The notes under the pieces: model-generated
The model's input: the letters and a program-made list of their open reading frames with translations, nothing else
Databases searched by the model: none
Told to the model about the DNA's origin: nothing
NCBI GenBank assembly: GCA_951406725.2
Contig: OX597818.1
Location: 9,672,001 to 9,736,000 of the forward strand
Direction: 5' to 3'
DNA: 64,000 nt
Origin: Octopus vulgaris
Lineage: Eukaryota
Part shown: positions 1 through 13,672 of the stretch, piece after piece
How the letters are laid out: every line of letters begins with the position of its first letter
Numbering within the stretch: the stretch's first letter is position 1
Made by a program: the position numbers and the translations under genes

Positions 1-39
1 AATAAGGCGAAAAACCTTATGTAAGGGACTATAAAGAAG

Positions 40-1245
40 AAATAAAGGGTAAGAAATAAATTTACTTTAGACTTGAAAGAGGTCAGTCACGATAGAAGAG
101 ATTGACTAGCGACAAGGGTTGCAGGGTGGAAGCAGGAGAGGGACTAATCAAATTAGAGACTCGCTTCTAAACCCGGTCGAGGAGATCCAAATGACGATGA
201 TGTATCTGCCCAAATATGACAACAGTATTCCATACTAGGACGAAATGTAGGCTTGTAAAGAAGCAAAATAGCCGCGGGTGTTGGTAGTCCTTTGACCTAT
301 GCACTGAACCCACCTTACGGGAAGCAGACCTACCAGTGGACTGTATATAGAATCCTCAAGAAAGATCGGGTGAAAAATTAAGACCAATCAATTTCAAAGA
401 AGACCTTTCCTCAAGTGACATGAATGCCTCACTATGTGACACTTCAGACTAATGGGAGAAAGATAGGGATGAAAGCTACTAGCCACTTCCCGCTCCGTTT
501 CTTATTGCCTTGCAGATCTATTTCAGGAGTAACTGCAAATTCCAACCTTTTCAAGGTATAGGGATTGCCAAGTAAATAAGAACTGAGTGTAGACTCATCA
601 GCATAAACATCGATGATCTGAAAAACATTGGTAGGAAGATCGTTAATGTAGAGGAGAAATGAAGTTAGACAAAATATGAGCCTTGAGGAACTCAGGCATT
701 GATAAAATACTCAGAAGTAACACCTTCCAGAGTACACGAACATACGACTGAAAGGTATGACCAAATAACATCAAAGACCTTTCCACATACTTTATAGGCA
801 GAGAGCTTAAAAAGTAAACCAGCATGAGAAGCCCCATGAAATGCTTTGGATATATCAAGATCTATTACACGAACCTCTCCTGATTTATCCATAAATCGGT
901 AGATGCGGTCTGTAATAAGAATCATAAGATCAGCAGTAGAACGAGAGTCACGGAAACCGTACTGAACATCAACAAGGAACCCCAAGCTATTGATAATGAG
1001 CCGTCCAAGACCTTGCTAAGAGCTAATAGGTGGCGAAAAGGGTGATACTTTTTTGGATCAGAAGGTTCGGGATCATTCTTAAAAATTTGGCTAAAGTGAG
1101 ATACGTCCCAGCAAGATGGAAAACAATACTTATTAAGGCAAATATTAAATAGCTTAAAGAGCAAAGAAGAAATCTCAGAAGTACACTGATTCAAGACGGC
1201 CAGAGGAATATTGTTAGGACCAGATGCAATTGTTAGGACCAGTTA
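40..1245 (-). mobile_element. Decayed LINE reverse-transcriptase fragment (CR1/L2/Jockey group)
   Basis: ORFs 922..1194 and 692..985 give LLFKLFNICL..FPSCW, QYGFRDSRSTADL and LDISKAF. A YADD-like motif (VYADESTL) lies near 585-611 on the minus strand. Frameshifted. Confidence 0.85.
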
Positions 1246-1779
1246 GCAACTAACTTGATAAAGTACGATTAATGAGAGATTTTGGTTTATAAGGCTGGGA
1301 TTGAATTCGAACTTTTCCGAAATTAGTTCACCGAGAATTTTTTACTATAACGTTATATAGCTGAGTTGAAACAAAGGCTTATAGCAGAATATGAACACAC
1401 AATGCATATACAACAGAGTATTCTGGCATAGCAAAGCTAGAAAATTTCTTTGTTTATTTCTCGATAATATACAACCAAGGCCGAACACATTTCTCTAATG
1501 TGATGTAATTTCTTTAATTGAATATATAAACATATTCAAGTTTATTAGTGTCGTAAGAAAGGTGAGAAAAAGAGATGGAGAGTAGATTTTGAATAATTTC
1601 AGTACCACATAAATATTTATAGTTCTGCGTGATTGAAACTCTGTAAATATCTAAAAGATATTTGAGCAATATCAAGTATGTTTCATAGAAAATTAAACAT
1701 GGTAACCCCACCGTTCATCCACCCTTTCGCTACAAAATTGACAGCTATACATATGACAAGTCATAAAACCAAAAGTATG

Positions 1780-1823
<44 letters not shown>

Positions 1824-2114
1824 ATATGATTGTATGTATATATGTATGTGCGTGTGTGTATGTATGTATGCATGTATGTATGTGTGTATATGTGTGTGTG
1901 TTTATGTGTGTATGTATATATAACTAGAGCAAGGCACGATTTTAGAAGGTTTAGGCGATAATATACGCATCCATCTGAAACTATTTCAATTTGGCAATTA
2001 TTTCGAGGCTACCTATTTCTCGAACTAATGTATAAGATATAAAAAGAGAAAATATAAAAAGCACCGGCGCTTATACACAGATGCACACGCAGAGTGTGAA
2101 AGAAACACATATAC

Positions 2115-2535
2115 GCGCAGGAGTGGATGTGTGGTAAAATGCTTGCTTCCCAACCACATGATTCCCGGTTCAGTCCCACTGCATGGTAACTTGGACAAGT
2201 ATCCTCTATTATAGCATCGGGCCGACCAAAGCGCTGTGAGTGGATTTGGTAGACGGAAACTGAAAGAAGCTTGTCGTGTATGTATATATATATATGTATG
2301 TGTGTGTGTGTGTGTGTGTGTGTGCACGTGTGTGTACGTATGTGTTTGTCCCTCCCACTACCATCACAAGACAACCAATGTTGGTATGTTTAGGTCCCCT
2401 AAGTTAGCGGTTCGGCAAAAATGACCGATAAAATAAGTACTAAACTTACAAAGAATTAGTCCTGGGGTCGATTTGCTCGTCTAAAAGCAGTGCTCCAGCA
2501 TGGCTGAAAACGAATGACTGAAACAAATAAAAGAA
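2115..2535 (+). mobile_element. SINE family A (tRNA-derived head, internal microsatellite), full length
   Basis: tRNA-like head GGAGTGGATGTGTGGTAA...GGTTCAGTCCC, internal (TA)n(TG)n, tail CCAGCATGGC...GACTGAAAC. Homologous copies recur in the window. Confidence 0.85.
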
Positions 2536-2990
<455 letters not shown>

Positions 2991-4249
2991 ACACGCAGTG
3001 ACCTGCAGGATGGTACCGATGGCAGATTACATTCCTTTATAAGACCTATGACTAATCATTTTAATGAAGAAACGTAACCTGTAACCCGAGACCTAGAAAT
3101 TTCTGAAACTCGGTTGCCACACTACTCCATCCAAATCTATCTAACGAGCCCCACTTCCTGTAGTCGTCTGCTAATATGTGTCTGCTAATATGGCATAAAT
3201 CTTAATCACGTTAGTGGTTACAACTTCTACATATCACAACCTAGGCAGTTCAGTTAGTGATTTTGCTTACCGACTAAATCCAGATATACGTATCTATTCT
3301 CAGGAGAGCCTGGTTGCACGGAAATAGTCAGATTTCAATTAGTTGGTATTGAAGGAAGAATAATCTGAGTCCATGTTTGACAGTGTTCAGTGCTTCTTGC
3401 AGTCGTGACCATTATTGACTCTTATTTCCAAAATCTTCTCTCCAGAAAGGACATTGGGATAAGTTCAAATGCATTATGCTTTGAATACTTAGGTTGTGCT
3501 TCCCGAAACGTGCTGGTTAAGCTATTAATCATGTTTGAGTGAGCACTTGAGGCCATTTTATAGATATTTTTGGTAATAGTTATATTTGATAGCAGTTATA
3601 TTTGCGGAGGAGGATGAGGAGGGTGAGGGGGAAGGGAGGAGGAGGGGAGTGAAATGGAGGATGGGGAGGAAGAGAAGAGGAGGAGGTACAGTGAAATACT
3701 GATTTCCTTTATCGCTACCGCAATTGGTGGTGTAGCTGCTTGTGCTATTGCTGAGTCTGGTGCTGCTACTACAGCAGATAGCAAAACCTGACCATTCTAA
3801 TCTATAGCTGAAAATAATTCAGGAATTACAAATACTTGAAAATTGTCATACGGACCAAAGAAAATATCCACCGAGGAAAACACTAAACGATAAAATAGCA
3901 ACAATAATAAAAACAAACCTGACTATCACAGATTTAATTAAAACAGACACAAACATCAATATCAGATTTTTTTCCAAGTAGGAATATCAAAATCCAATCA
4001 AACAAAATGAAAAACAAATGTACAGTAGAAAATAAGAGAATAGATCTCTCAAACCTTAATGAAATCAATAACGAAACAACACAACGGAAAAAAGTTAACA
4101 GTAACAACAACTACAGAAAAATAGCATAACAAAAAGTGTATCCAAAATCAAAGAAGCCTGAAATCGCGAAAATACAGTGATATAAAAAAATCTATTCTGT
4201 GAACAAAATAAACAGTCAAACCCAAAGCGATGTTATCAAGAATGAGTTA

Positions 4250-4565
4250 TAAAATAAGATAAAAATCAATGCACTACCAACAGCAAGAGAAGAATTTAGG
4301 AAATGAAGGAATTGCCAAGAACAAGTTTGTTCAAAACAACTAACACGGAATCTGAGCAAGTGTGGAAGGCCACTGTAGCAGAAATAACCCAGATATTGTA
4401 AGAAAACAACTGGGAGGCACCAGGACATGATTAACTTTCAAAATTTCTGATTAAAGTAACTAATAGGGTCACATGAGTTGTTAGCAGAGAAATTTGATGC
4501 GGTATTGACGGAACCTTAGACAAAACTTGCTTCACGGAGGGGAAGGCCATCTTATTCCCCCAGTA
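4250..4565 (+). mobile_element. Decayed R4/Dong-like RT fragment
   Basis: AACTGGGAGGCACCAGGACATGAT (~4408) reads NWEAPGHD (NWKAPG.D-like), followed by HELLAEKF and TEGKAILFP (LT.GRT.LIPK-like), with stops. Confidence 0.55.
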
Positions 4566-7500
4566 CTAATTTTTAAAAACGCCTTAAAAATAAAAGATCC
4601 AGAACCAATATTGTAAGGTCAAGGTCAAACATAAAAACAAAGGACACCATGTTGAAGAGTTGCAGCCCCTCACAAAAAAACTACAACCAACACATATAAA
4701 CATTATAAAAGGTTCATTTGAGCTATGGGGGAAATGAATGAAGTTTTGATGAAAAATATTGCATGTGATGCAGTGGAGAAGGAATGGGTTTCAAAATGAA
4801 ATATAACACAAGATCGTGAAATGGAAAGAGAATAACTTATACACATATTATGCAAGGAAAGTTGTAAACATTCTGCTACACAAAATATAACTTACAAAAA
4901 ATTAATGGCAACATAGCCACAAATCAAATATCAATTATGAAGAAAATATTAGAGATCCTACACGAAAGAGTCGGACGATGATAAAGACTATTGATACCCG
5001 GATGGAAACTCAACAAAGTACAAAGCTACAAGAAATAACTTACCTTATACAAGATTATATATATAAAAAAAGACTACTTTTACACAAGACATTATAGAAT
5101 ACAGTAAAAAGAGGAAAATAAACTCTACGATGGCCTGAATATACTCCCAAAATAAATATGGTGCCATTCTATACACAGATATATAGGAGGCACACTAAAT
5201 AAACCGATTTCAAAACCAAAACATAACATCAGTCATACCATGTTAATTCGAAAATAACAAAACCACCGCAAAACAAAGACAAATTATTACAAACCAGCTC
5301 TTTACCCGTAAGAAGAGCAATGTTTCATGAAAGTTATTATCTTAATTTATTCGTTTTATTTTATTTTATTGTTGTTTTTATTCTTTTTCTTTTTTAATTT
5401 TTGTCTAGGTTTGACTCCGTTAAAAAATGTGTTGAATGAAAAAAGAATTAGGCACAGAGTCTAGGGATTGATTATAAATAATCTCTGCATGGATGATTGA
5501 GAATATTACGTCGTAAAATACCTATTTGGCAAATTTAGATAAAATTCGTAAGAAATTCAGCCAAGGCTGAATTAATCAAAACCGTTAGATATGTTAAATA
5601 TGTTAAATATGTTACAGGCTAGGACGGAATCACGAATACAATTTCTTAAGGAATCCATAAAATTAATAAAACTACAACATAATATGCAGAAAATTAGGAA
5701 AGAATACTACAGATTACAAGTACTAAAACCTAATATCAGTGATAGAAATCAGGTGGTAAGTAAAAATGCACTGCAATTCCAATAATAAATTTCTAATTCA
5801 GGATAAGAAATAGAAATTTTAATAAACGCAAAGATGATACTGAAGAACTAGAAAACTATTGATGATGTCCTGAAAGTACTACCCACTAAACTGATATCAA
5901 TAAAGTTGCCTATATTGCACACCAGGTGGGTGATATCTGATACAGTACAAAAACAACTAGAAAAATATTCAGAAGTGAACAGATGGAAATTGATTAAATG
6001 GAAATATATAGATGGAAAAATGAAACAAAAATATTTAGATGTTTATAAGGAAACAATCAAGTATAAACTGGAAGCTAATTGCCCCGAAGAAAATATTTAA
6101 ATAAAGACTTAATTACAAAAACGATGCAGAAAAAGAACGACATCTAAACAGTATTCCAAATTAGGCAGAAAAAAAATGGATGTAAAAAATATCCATGGCC
6201 AGAATCTTCATAGCTAAAAAGAGGAAGTAAAGCAGTTGGAAGTTAACCATCATAAAAAAAAACATTGACTAAAATTAGAAGCGAATAATTTGATCTATTA
6301 AAAGCACAAGTCCAATGCTTAGTCATACAGATCTACAAAAATGTAATAATGACAAAGGTAATAACAGCAAGTATCGATTGTGCTACTAGGGTAATAAGAC
6401 AATTGACCATTCCAGCTGCCTAGTTCTTGTCATTTGTAAGAATATTTATAGACAATAACTGCCAGTATTTATATCTCCTAGGTAATATTCTAATAACTGG
6501 ACTCAGAAACAGATTAAAGTGCTATAAGCATGGTACATGAAAACAATTCGGTTCTATTATCTAGAAAATGCCTCTGTAAAATAACGAGTAGAACAGACCA
6601 GTGTCAATTCCAAGGGTTGAGTGAAAACTGTATGTACATCGATAAAATTTGCAATCCTTTCGAACGAAAATTTGCTAGAAAGGATGTTTAGAAAGAACTA
6701 AAATACTAATACGTATCTTTGACTTAGAATAAACGTGAAATATGTGTAACTAACTATATATGATTAAAAACAAAGTGTTAACATTTTAGAAAACATACCA
6801 TGGCGCCTAGCGTTCCAGACAGTTTACACATTCTGCGCTACACAATCTATAGCACTCTAACAATACATACTCTGCAGTAACTATAAAATAATGGCTTCAA
6901 ATTTTGGTACAAGGCCAGTACTTACGATAAAATTATGTATCGATTATACGTATCGAATATACGACACTACGGCTTCAAGCACTCACATAACTCCCACAAT
7001 TCACACTCGACTCAACTAAGCCTTCAATTGACTTTTGATTCCACAAATATAACTGGAACTTGCACCAAGTATAACATGCCCCTTGTTCGTGTACCTACAA
7101 CAGAGAACAGCTCTGACGTGATTTGTGGAGATCATTAGATTGTCTAAATTCATTCTGACCCCATCAGATGCCAACATATCACATAATATTTACTTCTTTG
7201 TTCGTTCCAGTATATAGTCAGCAGACAGACGGTGTTCTGTAAAACTGTCATATTCACTTTTCATCTTCCTCTGAGAAAAATATTCGTATTCAAATATTGT
7301 GTGTTGTTTAACAGAGATGATGTTGTCATACGAATTGGCAGAGTTTCCGTTTTATAAAGTGTGTTTGTATATGCCATCGTTGTTGTTGCTGACATTTCTA
7401 CTCGCGATATTGAAAGCTGCATTTTGGGGTGTTTACTTTTACTTCATATTCAGCGTTAATATCTTGCTCTACAATTAAATTACATTTTTTTTTCTGTTTG

Positions 7501-7571
7501 TGAACTGTATTATTTTGTTCTTTGTTCTTTTGGGAAGGCGTGGCTGGAAATATTCGCAGTCTTTTTTGTTT

Positions 7572-7573
<2 letters not shown>

Positions 7574-7628
<55 letters not shown>

Positions 7629-7903
7629 GCGCGCGTGCGTGTGTGCGTGCGTGCGTGTGTGTGTGTGTGTGTGTGTGCGTATGGACAACGTGAAGGAGAT
7701 ATATAATTTGTCTCAGAAAACTCTTTCTTCCCGTATGGATATACAGTAAATAGTTTTAAGTTATGTGTATCCATGCAAGTTCAGTAAGATTCTTTTTCAT
7801 GAAGTAAAACTCTTTTACTTCAAGGAGTGACCTGAAAAGATGTGACACGTAATGCTTAGTAATGACGATGATGATGATGATGATGATGATAATGATGATG
7901 ATA

Positions 7904-7934
<31 letters not shown>

Positions 7935-8080
7935 TGATGATGATGATGACGACGATGATGAGATGATAGTGGTGGCAGTGGTCGTCGCGATGGCAGCGGT
8001 GGCGACGGTGGCGACGGTGGTGGCGGTGGCGGCGGTGGTCGCTTTGCGGCGGTAGTGGTGGTGGTGATAATAATGATGAA
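7574..8080. repeat. (GT)n tract and (GAT/GAC/GGT/GGC)n trinucleotide tract
   Basis: Directly visible. Source of the spurious poly-D, poly-S and poly-H ORFs. Confidence 0.95.
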
Positions 8081-8543
8081 TATGATACATCTCAAAATAA
8101 AATAACAGAATAATAGGAAAAGTAAATACAGTCATACAATCAGACTTGAATAAAAATGAAGTAGATCTAGCCTTACTGAGTAATCCATATTATGCTGCAG
8201 CTTGAATAACCACTACATTGTGTGATGTTATTCAAGGGGAAAAAAAGACCCAACATATAAACAGGATACCTGCATAGCAAGAGAGGATTAGAAATAAAAT
8301 TAATACACTCAAATCTAATACTGAAATGCTTAAGAACATCAAGAGCAAAGAAAATGTTAAGGTATCAAAAGCTAAGAAGCAGAATAGGAAATATAAGATA
8401 AAACAGAAAATTGAAATCGATTGTCTGTTTTCGTTTGAGGGACTTTTATTACCATTTTTAGGAGGCTGAGCTTTTTCATCAGATAAGTGGATAAAAGTAA
8501 ACTATTTAAGGCAATTTCTGACGCTACTAATGTTATATACCAC

Positions 8544-9097
8544 TCCTACCACTCTATGTCACGCTGGTGAGACCCATATTGGAGTATGGGATTCAAGCCT
8601 CTTCTCCTTATCTCCTCAAAGACATAGAGCATCTCGAAAGAGTCCAGAAGCTGGCTACCCGCATGGTTCATGGTCTCAAAAATTTGTCCTACGAAGAAAG
8701 GCTGAGGACGCTCGACCTTTATTCTCTTGAAAAACGCCGCCGCCGTGGTGATCTCATTCTCGCCCACAACATCATAAGCGGAAATTGTAACCTCTCGAAA
8801 GAGCTGTCCTTCACTCCTGCTCCAGAGCGTCGGCTGCGGGGTCATTCCGAAAAGCTCTACCTGCGACGATTTCATCTCAATCGAAGGAGAGGAGCTTTCT
8901 CCGTCCGGGTTGTGGATCCGTGGAAGAAGCTGCCAGACGAGATGGTAAAGATGCCGACGACCGCTTTGTTCAAAGCCTCCCTGGACCTCAAGTGGCCTGA
9001 ACTCTTTACATGAACACCACCCTGTACTTAACTCCATGTCCCCCTACATGGCCTCGCTATTTGCTTTTGAGCCAAATTAACTAACTAACTAACTAAC
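8544..9097 (+). mobile_element. 5'-truncated, young CR1-clade LINE 3' end
   Basis: Uninterrupted ORF 8567..9013 (LVRPILEY..LERVQKLATRMV.GLKNLSYEERL..LEKRR.RGDLI..LRGH..FSVRVV.PW..LP), short 3' UTR and (TAAC)n tail at ~9077-9097. Confidence 0.92.
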
Positions 9098-10674
9098 ATA
9101 TAAAGTCCAAACCCAGTACTGTCCCTACATCTGGGATGACGCTGCTTCTGCATACACTCACACTGTTGCCGTCTTCAGGCTACGATGGTCTCTGTTCTTC
9201 AGAGTAGGCTACTGGCTATCTCATCTTAAGGCTCAAGTTACCTCTGATCACTAGGCCTAGTCCTTCCCCTCAAGAATAATCATTCCTTTGATGTCTCCCC
9301 CATCTCATGTTTTTCTTGCAGGTGTCAGTCCGCAGCAGATTAAGCGGAACATTTATGGTATCAACCTCACTGGTTTCGGTGGACATGCACAGACCATAAA
9401 TGCTAGACTTTCATTAGATTCAGCAAGGAAAACGAAAAAAAAAAATGTTAGCTCCGCCATGATAGAAAATTGGAAGACAATTATAATTTGGGTCTCTAAC
9501 ACCTGAGTTGGTTTAGATGGGTTTGTGCCGGAGAAATTGCCAGTGTTTCATCTGCAAGAATTAACAAAACGGAGAAACACACGAGAAACAAATACATAAA
9601 GCAAAACATTCCAAGTCTATCCGAAATGGAAGTGTGAAAGATGCAAATATGTTTAGCTATAACGAGGTTGAAACTGGAAATATTTAACATCAGATCCGTC
9701 CCAATGGAGCTTATAAAGGATTAAAATCATTCTGGATATGACCATACTATGAGTCTGTATAATAGGAAACACATTAACTGTGTGTCATTCCTTCTTTTAA
9801 AGATGATGGTGTTCAATTTCAGGATTATTTGATGGTTAACTTAGGAATTAAAGGCTCTCTCGGTGGATAGAGTCACAATATTCTTATGCGTCTTTATACC
9901 AAAATACCTTTATATCTTATCAAAGTATCAATCGTTCTCTGACAGGTTTATGATTGAGCCTGCAGCTGGGGGGAACTCCGGCGTTGCCGGCCCCCTACCA
10001 TATCCCTACTCCTCGCTGTCGGGGCAGAGATGGCTGTCCACAAGTGCAAGCCCTGTGAGTCAGTGGAGCGCATCTCACTCGCCAGCCTCCGGGGCAACGC
10101 CTTTTTTTTCATTTTGTCTCCTGGGTCCATAAGGAAGTCTTTAGTATATACTTTAGTATATATGGCTTCCAACCATCACCTACATTGGAAGTGTCTCTAG
10201 TCAGGGTGGGCTTTTAGTCATCTAAATACTACATGACGATATGGTTACCAGTAGCATTCTTTTACCTCCCAGCTAAGAAATTCATCCTGGCTTAACTTAG
10301 AAATAAATCCATGGTATAAAATAATTTTTGGATCCGATTGCTCTTTGTTTACCGCTTCCTCTACCAACGATTTCATCTATTTATTTCAATTCCACTTTTG
10401 ATTGGCTACTAGATTACTTGACTTGAAGTATTAGCTCTTTGAACTTATCTGCTTCAGTTTTGCTTTCTTCATCTTTCATTCTTCTCTATTCACTTTCCTT
10501 GCTTCTCCCTCCCCACCCAACCACCCTCTCTCTCTTTTTCTCTCCCTCTCTCTAACTCTTTCTCTGTCCCTTTCTGTCTAACCTGTATATTATACCGTCA
10601 TTGCACATCACTTTGAATTCCTTCATTATTTACTTGTCCACAACCCTAATAACAAAACTGGCAGGTCTAAACCT

Positions 10675-10728
<54 letters not shown>

Positions 10729-11011
10729 ATGAAGTCGAAAGTCCCGAAATGTTAGATACTTCACACCATATAGCAAACGTAACTTAAAACACTTCTCGTC
10801 TCCTGTCGTCTTGTTGATGCTGATACACACATAACCGAAAAACAGAATACAAATTCCGAGAAAATTGTCTGCATTTATGACTCATTCCTCTTGAATTAAA
10901 TTTCTACAACCATGATTGCCATTATGATTACCTTAATGATAATAATCATCATTATATTTTAAATAGGCTTCTTTTCCTCACCTCCTCTTCTTCTTCTTCT
11001 TCTTCTTCTTC

Positions 11012-11054
<43 letters not shown>

Positions 11055-11208
11055 TCTTCTTATTATTATTATTATTGAAATAACTATAGTTAAGTACTGA
11101 GGATCAGTCTAATTGAATCTACTCACCCACCCGAATGAATGGTGGTCTCGTACCTAAGATAAATTATTATTATTAATAATAATAATAATGATACTATTAT
11201 CATTGTTG

Positions 11209-11266
<58 letters not shown>

Positions 11267-12504
11267 CATCATTTTTATTATTAGATACAATAATTGGTCT
11301 CAGTTGGGTTTTTGAGATATTGTTTATTTATTTATTTATTCTTGTTTGTTTTGTAGGAGGAAGCAATCTTAATTACTATGAGAAGAGATTTGAAAGTTGA
11401 AATTTGAAGAAGATGCAGGAGGAGGAGGTAAAAATGATAAATATAAAGGAAAAATGAATAATCAACGAAGTTTTAAATTTAAATTAGGTATCTTGTGTCA
11501 CGTGTAACAAATAAAAGCTATAAACAAGTAAAGAAAAAGAACAAACACTAAAAATAATATAAAACTAAAGGAAGCATTCGGAAGAGAAAATAATGAAAAA
11601 TACAACAAAATACCAAATTTATTACACCCCTCTTCTTCCCAACTCAGCTAATTCCTATTTATGAAAATCTTTGAAGGACATTTCCTACCCATGATTTTTA
11701 AAATTTAATTCTTCCGAACTAGCTAATTATTTTCCTATTGGCTAATGGAAAATAATAAAATTCAATTTATGAAGAAAAGGCGAAGGCGTATGTATGGTGG
11801 AAGTAGTGAGTCGGACGGTCTGCAAGAAGCCTAAACCATCATATGTAATGTATATGGTAGCAGTATCAGGCTTGTTGGTAACTGAAAATGGTAAAAAATA
11901 AATTATGGTCTAATTAATAAGAGTTTTTCACATTCAGTAGACACAATACCAAGTGTTTATACTTAAGAGCTCATTAAAACATTGTGTATATTTAGGAGAT
12001 AGAAAGGTAGAAGTTATTATCAGCAAAATTCCTTTCCCCACCTTTTTAGTGCAAAATGAACTGCGCTGGTCTGTTGTATCAGATTTAATTAAATATCTTC
12101 AACACTTGACATCAACATAATGTACAATAAATGATGATTGAAATACTATAATATTATAATGCAATAAATTTTCTCTGCTATATGACTTTAAAATCTTCAT
12201 ACGTACTGCAGTTAATTGATGTAAGCTAGCAGTTACAAATGGATCTCGGACACACAATCATTTGTATAATGGGCTCACTTAAAATCTATGATTGAATATT
12301 GGGACCGCTAAATTTCTGCTGTTTTATATTAAGATTTGTGATGAATGACGTCGTGGCTACAGTTTTCTCACTAGTTCTTTGATGACAAAGGAACGTTTTT
12401 GTAACAAAGTGCAAAGAGAGAATATCAGACAAGGTATTTTATGCAACATTATCGGCATACATTAACATTGTCGGCATACATTAAGTACATACATACATAC
12501 ATAC

Positions 12505-12572
<68 letters not shown>

Positions 12573-12675
12573 AACACACACGCATGCGTTATGTACATAC
12601 AGACACGCGTACAAAGCAACACACACACACACATGTAGATAGATAGATAAGATAGATAAGATAGATAAGATAGAT

Positions 12676-12725
<50 letters not shown>

Positions 12726-12930
12726 TAAGAATTCAATAAGAATTCAAAATGTTGCAGTTTGTAAACAGGTGTAAGACAGTGCAGAACACATAGATTTAGG
12801 ATAAATACGAATTCAAGTTTTAGAAGGAAAACTGGAAGTGACTTTTTGTAATTTAACTACACTGTTTGAATTTGAACACGTTAACACTTGAAAACATATA
12901 ATACTAGTTAGTATTAGTCTAGCGAGTGTT

Positions 12931-12994
<64 letters not shown>

Positions 12995-13109
12995 AGATTA
13001 ACACATCCATAAATCATAAATTATTAGCTCCTATGTACATAGGAAGTAATAATTTATATTTCTGTTCATCTTAATTTTTCCCTACATAAGCTCTGTATAT
13101 CGTGACTAG

Positions 13110-13290
13110 TAAGTGCATTAACTGTAAAATGCTTAGCGACATTTGGTCCAACTTTACGTCTTGATTTTAAATGCCACCGAGGTGGACTTTACCTTTCACC
13201 CTTTTGGGGTCGATAAAATAAGTACCGTTTGATGTAATCGTCTTATGCCCTCTCCCCAAATTGCTGGCCTTGTGCCGAAATTTGAAATGA
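13110..13290 (+). mobile_element. SINE family B, decayed
   Basis: CCGAGGTGGACTTTACCTTTCACCCTTTTGGGGTCGATAAAATAAGTACC matches the family-B core. Confidence 0.8.
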
Positions 13291-13627
13291 ATATTAAATG
13301 CAGGGGTATACTAACCGGTAAGCTAGAAGCTGATTGGAAAATGATGAACTACAAGGAGCCTAGCAGGTGAAACATGTGTAATACTAAATAAATAACACGA
13401 AAAAGTTTACCAATCTCTTGTTTTGATACGTAAATACCCTGCAGTAAATATTTACCTGTATTTTCAACTCTTATGCAGGCCACCCACATATATAACACCT
13501 ACATACCGATTTGGAATACTGGAATAAGCAGATGCGCGTCTAGAGGTCACAGTTTCTCTCTCTTTCTCTTTGTCTATCTCTCTCTCTCTGTCTCTCTCCT
13601 TCTCTCTCCTTCTCTCTCTCTCTCTCG

Positions 13628-13669
<42 letters not shown>

Positions 13670-13672
<3 letters not shown>

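Noticed and set aside
4570-6800. Long A-rich stretch with short ORFs (5591, 5906) and a Cys-containing patch near 6570-6630
   Set aside because: Probably a very old LINE, but no diagnostic motif could be read with confidence.
10004-10030. TCCTCGC resembling the L3 loop of an HDV-like ribozyme
   Set aside because: Flanking P3 and P1 pairings could not be formed.
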